From NCBI GenBank assembly GCA_041577295.1, contig JBFGJG010000002.1, positions 64,001-128,000 of the forward strand: a stretch of 64,000 bases of DNA, read 5' to 3'. The first letter of the stretch is position 1. Each line of letters opens with the position of its first letter. Origin of the DNA: Gemmatimonadales bacterium (GTDB lineage Bacteria; Gemmatimonadota; Gemmatimonadetes; Gemmatimonadales; GWC2-71-9). This document shows positions 56,992 to 64,000 of the stretch, piece by piece. The position numbers and the translations under genes are program-made. The notes under the pieces are model-generated. The model was not told the origin of the DNA, ran no database searches, and was given only the letters and a program-made list of their open reading frames with translations.

Positions 56992-58340
56992 TCAGTTTAA
57001 TATTCGCCGCACTCGTGCAGGCCCAAGCGGTGACGGTACCCGTTGGCCCTGGCCACCTGTACACATCCATCACCGACGGTCTCGCCGCAGCGACGGTTGA
57101 CGATACCGTGCTCGTGGCACCGGGCGTCTATCACGAGCACATCCAAATCACCAAGCCCATCGTTCTCCGCGGTCGCCCTGGCGCTGTCATCGAGGGTGAC
57201 GGGCGCGGGACCGTCATCACCGTCATGGCACCGTCGGTCATCTCCGGGTTCACGATCCGCGGCTCCGGCAGCGAGCAATATCGAGAGCACTCAGGAGTGC
57301 TGGCTCAAGCGGCGCACGGTCTCGTCGTCGAAGACAACGAGATTGAGGATGTTCTCTTCGGGATCTACGTCAAGCAGAGCGACAGCGTGATCATCCGGCG
57401 GAACGTCATTGTTGGCAAACGGCTAGCCACTCCACTCAGGGGGGACGGGATTCGACTGTGGTATAGCAACGGAGCCCTGGTCACAGACAACGAGGTCGAG
57501 CGAACGCGCGACTTGGTTGTCTGGTTCTCGAACGACGCGACGATCCGCCAAAACGTTGTACGCGATGGGCGTTACGGGCTACACTACATGTACAGTCACC
57601 GTAATGTCTTCGAGGAGAACCGGTTCTTAGGTAATCAGGTGGGGGCTTTCATCATGTACTCGGCGGATATCGTATTCCGCCGAAACCTCTTTGCGGACGC
57701 GCGAGGTACGACAGGAAGAGGGTTGGGTTTCAAGGACGCCGACCGAATCACCGCGACCGAGAACACCCTCGTGAAGAATGCCATCGGAATCTCGATCGAT
57801 AACTCTCCACAAAGCGCTGGTGCTCGCAACGTTTTTCGTAACAACCTGATTGCTTACAACGACATGGCGGTGTCCATGCTGCCGTCCGTTCATAGCAATG
57901 TGTTCGAAGACAACGCCTTCGTCGACAATGTGCAGACGATCAGCGTTTCTGGAGGAGGAACAGCCCTCGCCAACAACTGGCGTGGAAACCACTGGAGTGA
58001 CTACGCAGGCTTCGACGCAAACCACAACGGGTATGGCGACACCCCCTTCAGCGTGGAACGGCTGTCGGACGACCTCCTCGACCAACACGAAGCGCTGAGA
58101 ATACTGAACCTGAGCCCCGCACTCGCGTTGGTGAACACGCTGAGCCGCGTGCTGCCGTTCCTGGCACCCGAGCCCCTCGTGATCGACTCGATCCCGCGAC
58201 TACAGCGGTACACGCTCGGTGACGCCGCCAAGCCTGGCACTCAGAACGCTCCAGGGGCAGCGGCCGGATTCGCGGTAACAGCGGTGCTCGCTGGGCTGTG
58301 CGCGTTTTGGCTGCGACGCCCGCTCCGAGAGACCCAATGA
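56988..58340 (+). CDS. nosD: N2O reductase maturation protein NosD
   Basis: GTGA overlap. Beta-helix repeats, RGDGIRLWYS, RYGLHYMYS, GAFIMYS, GNHWSDYAGFD...GDTPF. Confidence 0.93.
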   Translation: MISLIFAALVQAQAVTVPVGPGHLYTSITDGLAAATVDDTVLVAPGVYHEHIQITKPIVLRGRPGAVIEGDGRGTVITVMAPSVISGFTIRGSGSEQYREHSGVLAQAAHGLVVEDNEIEDVLFGIYVKQSDSVIIRRNVIVGKRLATPLRGDGIRLWYSNGALVTDNEVERTRDLVVWFSNDATIRQNVVRDGRYGLHYMYSHRNVFEENRFLGNQVGAFIMYSADIVFRRNLFADARGTTGRGLGFKDADRITATENTLVKNAIGISIDNSPQSAGARNVFRNNLIAYNDMAVSMLPSVHSNVFEDNAFVDNVQTISVSGGGTALANNWRGNHWSDYAGFDANHNGYGDTPFSVERLSDDLLDQHEALRILNLSPALALVNTLSRVLPFLAPEPLVIDSIPRLQRYTLGDAAKPGTQNAPGAAAGFAVTAVLAGLCAFWLRRPLRETQ

Positions 58341-59242
58341 TCGTCGCACGCGGTCTCGCCAAGCAGTACGGCCGGCAGCGGGTGCTGGACGCCGTCGATC
58401 TGAACATCGACCAGGGCGAGCGGGTTGCCCTCGTCGGCCTCAACGGTGCGGGCAAGACCACGCTGATCCGGTGTCTCCTCGGGCTCGTGCCGTTCGAGGG
58501 AGACTTGCGCATCGCTGGTTACGACGTGCGCAAGGAAGGACGTGCCGTGCGTCGCTCCCTGGGCTACGTACCCCAACGGGCTCCCTACTTTGATGGCCGG
58601 CTCTCCGAGGTCATCGCGTTCTTCGCATCTCTTCGAGGTGTCGCCTTTGAGGCCGTCACGGCACGACTCACCTCACTCGGGCTGTCGCTCGTCGAACACG
58701 GTGACAAACAGATGCGAGAGCTATCCGGCGGCATGCTCCAGAAGGTGCTACTCGCTCTGGCATTGGACGGTGACACGCCCGTGCTACTTCTCGACGAGCC
58801 GACGGCCAACCTCGACCCCAGAGCGCGCGCAGAGTTCCTACGCAGCCTCGGACCAATCGACGACCAAAAAACGGTCGTCCTGGCATCGCACCGACTCACC
58901 GATGTCCAAGCGGTCGCGAAGCGCCTGATCGTGTTGCATGGTGGATCAATTGTGTTTGACGGAAGCGTGGCGGCACTCTGGGAGCGAGTAGGAGCTACGC
59001 AGACGCTCTGGGTCCGGGTCCCGCCCGAGGCGCGAGATCCGCTCGGTGAGCGTCTCCGAGCCCGCTTCCGGCAGGGGATGGTCGTTGCGAACGGATCGGC
59101 GCTTGGTATACCCGTCGCGGATGGCGCGGGCGTCGATGTGCTCGTTGAGTTGCGTGAGTCCGGCATCCACGTGGAAGACTTCTGGACCGAAAGCCCTTCC
59201 CTACAGAACGTCCTCGAGCACCTGCTCGGTGAGAACGTATGA
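58337..59242 (+). CDS. nosF: ABC ATPase NosF
   Basis: GLNGAGKTT, LSGGMLQK, LLDEPTANLD, SH. Operon position. Confidence 0.88.
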   Translation: MIVARGLAKQYGRQRVLDAVDLNIDQGERVALVGLNGAGKTTLIRCLLGLVPFEGDLRIAGYDVRKEGRAVRRSLGYVPQRAPYFDGRLSEVIAFFASLRGVAFEAVTARLTSLGLSLVEHGDKQMRELSGGMLQKVLLALALDGDTPVLLLDEPTANLDPRARAEFLRSLGPIDDQKTVVLASHRLTDVQAVAKRLIVLHGGSIVFDGSVAALWERVGATQTLWVRVPPEARDPLGERLRARFRQGMVVANGSALGIPVADGAGVDVLVELRESGIHVEDFWTESPSLQNVLEHLLGENV

Positions 59243-60057
59243 TGACCACCGCCACACTCTTCGTCCGACGAGAGGTCGCGACCGCGCTTCGGACCCGATG
59301 GTTCCTGATCTACTCGGCCATCTTCCTCGTAAGTGGAATCCTGCTCGTCAGTCTCGGGAATCTCAACGTCGCGCTGTACGGGTACCGGGGATTTGCGAAA
59401 GCGTTTGCCGGTCTAGTGCATCTTGCGATGCTCTTCGTGCCGGTGATGGCGCTTCTCCCGGCGACCGCGACGATTGCCGAAGAACGAGAGAGTGGAGCGC
59501 TGGAGTATCTGCTCGCCCAACCGGTCAGCTTTGGTCAGGTCTTTTTTGGAAAGTGGGCGGGAGTGAGTGTGGCAGTGCTCCTTGCCTTGATCGTGGGGTT
59601 CGCCGCGGCCGGCGCAGTCGCCGTGCTTCGAGGCGTGCCACCGGCGCTGATCATCACCCTGTTCGGATTCGTGATCCTGCTGGCGCTCGCATTCGTGGCC
59701 CTGGGCCTATGCATTTCGGCCATCGCATCGGCACGGGCTCAGGCTGTTACGTGGGGGCTCATTGCATGGTTGGCGCTCGTCGTGCTGAGCGGCCTCGGCG
59801 TCCTCGTCGCTTTCGTCCGCTGGGGAATCTCCGAGCGTCTGCTCGTGCTGTGGACGTTCATCAATCCCACCGAAGCCTTCCGCATTGGGATTGTCACCGT
59901 TTTGGATCCCGATCTGAGCCTGCTCGGCCCTCTGGGGGCGAATATTGTCGAACGGCTCGGCGCCGGGGGAACGGTGGCACTCACAGGACTGACGCTCACC
60001 GCGTGGATCGTCCTCCCAGGTCTTGTCGGCTGGCTGGTGTTTCGACGGGCGCGGTAG
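59239..60057 (+). CDS. nosY: ABC permease NosY
   Basis: About 6 TMs. EERESGALEYLLAQP, FFGKW, NPTEAFR. Operon position. Confidence 0.88.
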   Translation: MMTTATLFVRREVATALRTRWFLIYSAIFLVSGILLVSLGNLNVALYGYRGFAKAFAGLVHLAMLFVPVMALLPATATIAEERESGALEYLLAQPVSFGQVFFGKWAGVSVAVLLALIVGFAAAGAVAVLRGVPPALIITLFGFVILLALAFVALGLCISAIASARAQAVTWGLIAWLALVVLSGLGVLVAFVRWGISERLLVLWTFINPTEAFRIGIVTVLDPDLSLLGPLGANIVERLGAGGTVALTGLTLTAWIVLPGLVGWLVFRRAR

Positions 60058-60132
60058 AGACCTACCGAAACCGATAGACCCATTACTTTTCTCGTCGACC
60101 CAACCAATCCCCATTCGGGACGAGCGCGACGA

Positions 60133-62421
60133 ATGCCAAACTTTCAGATCATGAGACCGGATGCCCCGGCGACCATGTTTGCCGCGGTCATCATGTGTGT
60201 ATCGGTGGGTTGTGGATCGACCAGTCAACCGGTGAGTGAACCTGCGCCCCAACCGCCAGTCCCAACGCCGGTCGGCGCGCCGGCTGCGCAGGGCGACTCA
60301 CTTTCGGTCACCACCGGGCGCCAACCGCCGGCAGCGCCCCTCGCCACGGATCTCGACACGGTCAAAGCTGGGCGCTTTGACAACGGAAAGATGTGGACCT
60401 TTGAGTACCCGCCGCTCGAGTATTTCGCTGAGACATATGCGTTCAGTCCAGACTCCGCGTGGTTCGCCCGCGCGCGTCTTGGCGCGCTTAGGCTCCCTAA
60501 TTGCTCTGCCTCGTTCGTTTCGCCCCACGGCCTCGTTCTCACAAATCATCACTGCGCCAGAGAGAGCGTCTCCGAGGTTTCGAACCCAGGGGAAGAGCTA
60601 CTGGACAGAGGCTTCTATGCCCAGTCGGTCGATGCAGAGCGCCGGGCCGAGACGCACGCCGACCAACTCATCGCGATTCGTGACGTCTCGTCGGAAATTG
60701 AGTCCGCACTCATGGGGATCCTCGACGATTCCGCACGGGTCCGCGCCCGCGAGGAGGCGATGGAAGCCATCGAGGCTCGGATCCTGTCGGAGCACGGTGG
60801 AGAGGACAGTGGCCACGTTGTGGAGGTCATTTCATTGTGGGACGGAGCAAAGTATTCGGCCTACATCTTTCGACGATATCACGATGTTCGCCTCGTGCTC
60901 GCCCCCGAACTGCAAATCGGGTTCTTTGGCGGCGATCCGGACAATTTTACATTCCCCCGGTACAACCTCGATATGTCGTTCTACCGCGTGTACGGGGATG
61001 ATGGTCAGCCGTTGAAAACGGACGTCTACTTCCCATGGAGCAGGGACGGCGTTCGCGGAGGCAACGCAGTCTTCGTCATCGGCAATCCCGGATCCACGAA
61101 TAGACTCCAGACCGTGGCCCAGCTGGAGCTCCGGCGCGATGTCCTCGACAAAGGCATTCTGGGCTTTGTGAGAAGTCGGGCGGACGCGCTCCAAGAGTTT
61201 GCCGATCGCCATCCGGCTGCAGCCGAGGAGCTCGACCTTCGGAACACGATTTTCAGCCTGCGGAACTCGCAAAAGGCCTACCAGGGAATGTGGGAAGGAC
61301 TCCGCGACCCCATCATCATGGCAAAGCGTGTCGACAGTGAACGGCAGTTTCGCGCAGCGATCACCAACGACCCCGAGCTGCGTGCGAAGTACGGTGACCT
61401 GCTCGATCAGATGGCAGAAGTTCAGCGGCAAAAGCGAGAGCTGGCGTCAGATTTTCATGCCTTCCTAGCAATGGGAAACCCGTCATACACGTCCACGACG
61501 TTGCTGCGCGGATTCAATGCCTTTCAGTATCTGTCTGCCCAACAGGGTGGCGCACCACCGGAGGCGCTCACCGAGCTCGAGGGTGAACTGCTGGCAATCG
61601 AGGATCAGCCCCGCGAAATGCAGACGGCTCTGCTCGCCGCTCGGCTCGATGACATCGCACAGGCCTTCGGCAAAGATGATCCGATGGTAACCTCGCTCTT
61701 GCGTGGCCGGTCCCCATCAACTGCTGCCGAGCAAATCGTATCGCAATCGGTTCTCAGTGATTCAGCTAGAACAGCCGCGGCACTCGAGGGCGGAACGCTC
61801 ACCATGAACGACCCGGCGCTTCGGATGATCATGGCGTTTCTCCAACGATTCGTGGCCTATCAAGGGCGATTTGGCTCGCTGCTCGAACGGGAAGGTGAGC
61901 TTGCCAACCGCCTAGGACGAGCTCGCTTCGATGTGTACGGTACCAAGATCCCACCTGATGCCACCTTTTCCCTGCGCATCGCCGATGGCGTGGTCCGAGG
62001 ATACGACTACAACGGGACGATGGCACCGACCCACACTACGTTTTACGGACTGTACGATCGGTTCTACGGACATGACGGAAGCGAATGGGAACTGCCTAAC
62101 AGATGGCTCAGTCCCCCGGCGACCTTCGACCTCTCGACGCCACTGAACTTCGTGCTGACCGCCGATATCATCGGAGGAAACTCCGGTTCGCCGGTGATCG
62201 ACCGTGACCTCCGTTTGGTCGGGCTGATTTTCGATGGGAATATCGAAAGCCTGCCGGGGGATTACATCTACGATCCGCGCGCGAACCGGGCCGTCGCGGT
62301 AGACGCCCGTGGGATCTTGGAGGCGCTCGACGACATCTACGACGCAGACCGAATCGTCCTCGAGCTGACCACGGGGCGGTTAGCTCGAACCGAGGCAGAG
62401 GCGGACGCGGCGATGCGATGA
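60133..62421 (+). CDS. S46 family dipeptidyl peptidase
   Basis: GKMWT, CSASFVS..GLVLTNHHC, FGGDPDNF.FPR, GNPGST, PDATFSLR, DIIGGNSGSP, FDGN. Start may be 60151 or 60175; VGC lipobox-like motif. Confidence 0.93.
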   Translation: MPNFQIMRPDAPATMFAAVIMCVSVGCGSTSQPVSEPAPQPPVPTPVGAPAAQGDSLSVTTGRQPPAAPLATDLDTVKAGRFDNGKMWTFEYPPLEYFAETYAFSPDSAWFARARLGALRLPNCSASFVSPHGLVLTNHHCARESVSEVSNPGEELLDRGFYAQSVDAERRAETHADQLIAIRDVSSEIESALMGILDDSARVRAREEAMEAIEARILSEHGGEDSGHVVEVISLWDGAKYSAYIFRRYHDVRLVLAPELQIGFFGGDPDNFTFPRYNLDMSFYRVYGDDGQPLKTDVYFPWSRDGVRGGNAVFVIGNPGSTNRLQTVAQLELRRDVLDKGILGFVRSRADALQEFADRHPAAAEELDLRNTIFSLRNSQKAYQGMWEGLRDPIIMAKRVDSERQFRAAITNDPELRAKYGDLLDQMAEVQRQKRELASDFHAFLAMGNPSYTSTTLLRGFNAFQYLSAQQGGAPPEALTELEGELLAIEDQPREMQTALLAARLDDIAQAFGKDDPMVTSLLRGRSPSTAAEQIVSQSVLSDSARTAAALEGGTLTMNDPALRMIMAFLQRFVAYQGRFGSLLEREGELANRLGRARFDVYGTKIPPDATFSLRIADGVVRGYDYNGTMAPTHTTFYGLYDRFYGHDGSEWELPNRWLSPPATFDLSTPLNFVLTADIIGGNSGSPVIDRDLRLVGLIFDGNIESLPGDYIYDPRANRAVAVDARGILEALDDIYDADRIVLELTTGRLARTEAEADAAMR

Positions 62422-62433
62422 AACTGCCTCAGA

Positions 62434-63252
62434 CTAGTTGACTCTCGGATTCGGATATGCCGGAATCTTGACCAGACCGGGAACGCCAAACACGCGGGAC
62501 AGGCCGAATACGACCCCGATGTTCGCTGCGCCTCTTCCCCACTCGTCCAGGCGGGCAGTGACGCCGAGGTCTATCACCGAGACGTTGGTGATCTGAAGCC
62601 GGGTCCCAACCTCGAACCACACCCGCGCATCGCTACGATCCGTGGGCACCTCGAGATATAGATCTCCCAGGATGGACTTGCTGAAGAGACCGATGGGAAA
62701 ATCAAATCCCAAACCCGAGATCCAATACGCGCCGCCATCGATGTCCGAGGCGATTGCGTAGCCGCCATTCAGGTGAAGGCGCAGGCGGCTCAGACTCTTC
62801 GTTTGAATGGCGAGTAGCTCCAGCCCAACATCTTCCCGCCTCACGTCACCTATCCCCGGTGCCAATAGGGTCGTACGAAAGGCGACCGCCGGTGCCGAAC
62901 GACCCTCCTGATTCACGTTGAACAACAGGTGGGTGCTGAACTCTTCAACACCTCCCGACGCCGCCCCAGCCACACGCTCCCATGCAGGGTGAGCTTCGAC
63001 GCCAAACTGGAGGTTCCGCGCGATGCCAACCTTGAGCTCCAGCACCCCGGTGGCACCTCGACGGCCCCCCTCTGCCACAAGGAACTCGCTTCCCAGTTCC
63101 CACTCCCATTCCAGGAATTTCAGCGGATACGCGTCCTCGACCCGAATGGGCCGCCCGGCATCGACCGAGCGGAAATCCTCCTGAGCCAGCACCGAAACCT
63201 GAAACCCCGTAAGCATGACACCCACCGCCGTCAGCCGTAAGAGCATCGTCAT
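62434..63252 (-). CDS. Exported hypothetical protein, probable outer-membrane beta-barrel
   Basis: Signal peptide MTMLLRLTAVGVML...AQ and alternating beta-strand patterns (LRLHLNGGY, VWFEVGTRLQI). Confidence 0.62.
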   Translation of the reverse strand: MTMLLRLTAVGVMLTGFQVSVLAQEDFRSVDAGRPIRVEDAYPLKFLEWEWELGSEFLVAEGGRRGATGVLELKVGIARNLQFGVEAHPAWERVAGAASGGVEEFSTHLLFNVNQEGRSAPAVAFRTTLLAPGIGDVRREDVGLELLAIQTKSLSRLRLHLNGGYAIASDIDGGAYWISGLGFDFPIGLFSKSILGDLYLEVPTDRSDARVWFEVGTRLQITNVSVIDLGVTARLDEWGRGAANIGVVFGLSRVFGVPGLVKIPAYPNPRVN

Positions 63253-63253
63253 C

Positions 63254-64000
63254 TCAGCGCCTTTCCTCATGCGGACGTTGGTGATCTCCATGCTCCATCG
63301 CAGGCATGGACGCGTCCGGGTGACCCTGAGGCAGCCAGCGGCCATCGGCTAACTGCGTCGGAACCGTCATTGCAGCCATCGGCATGTGTGCGTGCGCGGA
63401 CGCCGGAAGCGGCGGCGCGATCACCCATTCCTGATTCGCATACACCATTTGCCGCAGCATCCGGTCGATTTCACTTCCTTTGGCAGATCGTGAAATGCGC
63501 TCGTCCGCCATGATGTCGTTCACCACGTCATGCATCATGTGGAGGTTGTCGAAGATGTGAGCGGCAGCCGGAAACAACGCACCAAAGCGGGGGGCAACCT
63601 CGGCGGTGAGCGGCATGTACGTGGGAGGATCCGCGAGGACCGAATCCGTGAACACGCGGATCACTCGGTCGAGTTGGCGTCTGCGTAGAGTCGAGTCTGG
63701 CTCCAACAATGCTTCGTAGACAGCCGCGTGGTGCCAGTGATACGCCCACAGGATGCCGTTGATCTCTGGGTACTTCCGCGCGAACCGTTCCGCCCATGTG
63801 CCTCCGGCGAGCATGAACGCGTGCCCGTATCCGCGCGTGGAAAAGGCGGAGTGGGCGTTGGAGAGATAGTAGGCGATAGCTCGCTCACCAGCGGTCTTCT
63901 TGTCCAACACTCGGTCATCGGACAGAATGTCGTACAACTGCGAATGCAGCATGTGTGTCCAGTCCATCGCCGCACCCGTTCGGTACGCTACCTTGGCCCA
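63254..64000 (-). CDS. His-motif hypothetical protein, 5' end outside the window
   Basis: Frame is open to 64000 (WAKVAYRTGAAMDWTHMLH...). DWTHMLH, WAYHWHH, FDNLHMMHD motifs. Stop is adjacent to the next start. Confidence 0.75.
   Translation of the reverse strand, partial: WAKVAYRTGAAMDWTHMLHSQLYDILSDDRVLDKKTAGERAIAYYLSNAHSAFSTRGYGHAFMLAGGTWAERFARKYPEINGILWAYHWHHAAVYEALLEPDSTLRRRQLDRVIRVFTDSVLADPPTYMPLTAEVAPRFGALFPAAAHIFDNLHMMHDVVNDIMADERISRSAKGSEIDRMLRQMVYANQEWVIAPPLPASAHAHMPMAAMTVPTQLADGRWLPQGHPDASMPAMEHGDHQRPHEERR

Overview
A GC-rich, gene-dense bacterial window of about 55 CDS; I saw no rRNA, tRNA, CRISPR array or transposase. Gene content and style suggest Gemmatimonadota, but this is inference only. 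(1) 1-14 kb: an amino acid/amine catabolic block (DmpA-like peptidase, two class III aminotransferases, aldehyde dehydrogenase, two-subunit CoA-transferase, APC permease), a stand-alone A-T-TE NRPS with atypical motifs, and a convergent saccharopine/lysine dehydrogenase-like gene plus amidohydrolase. (2) 14-31 kb: M28 peptidase, ABC exporter, DUF1800/DUF1501, a four-helix-bundle gene bracketed by inverted 9-bp tandem repeats, SDRs, three cation:proton antiporters, GT2, DUF3179 and DoxX. (3) 31-40.6 kb: a six-gene signal transduction cassette. (4) 40.8-60 kb: a low-oxygen respiration and stress island containing an M50-CBS protease, Hsp20, tandem USP, CBS protein, ba3-type oxidase, two ZIPs, a DosS-like GAF kinase, an OmpR-family two-component pair, cytochromes c, a porin and a clade II nosZ-nosB-nosDFY cluster. 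Six promoters in this island share TT(C/A)A-type repeats in 11-bp phase, ending 15-16 bp before a -10-like hexamer. This suggests a DosR-regulon-like gene set run by an OmpR-type regulator, and is the strongest candidate for an undescribed system. (5) 60-64 kb: S46 peptidase, a putative outer-membrane protein and a truncated His-motif protein. All family calls rest on motif recognition by eye; no database searches were run.
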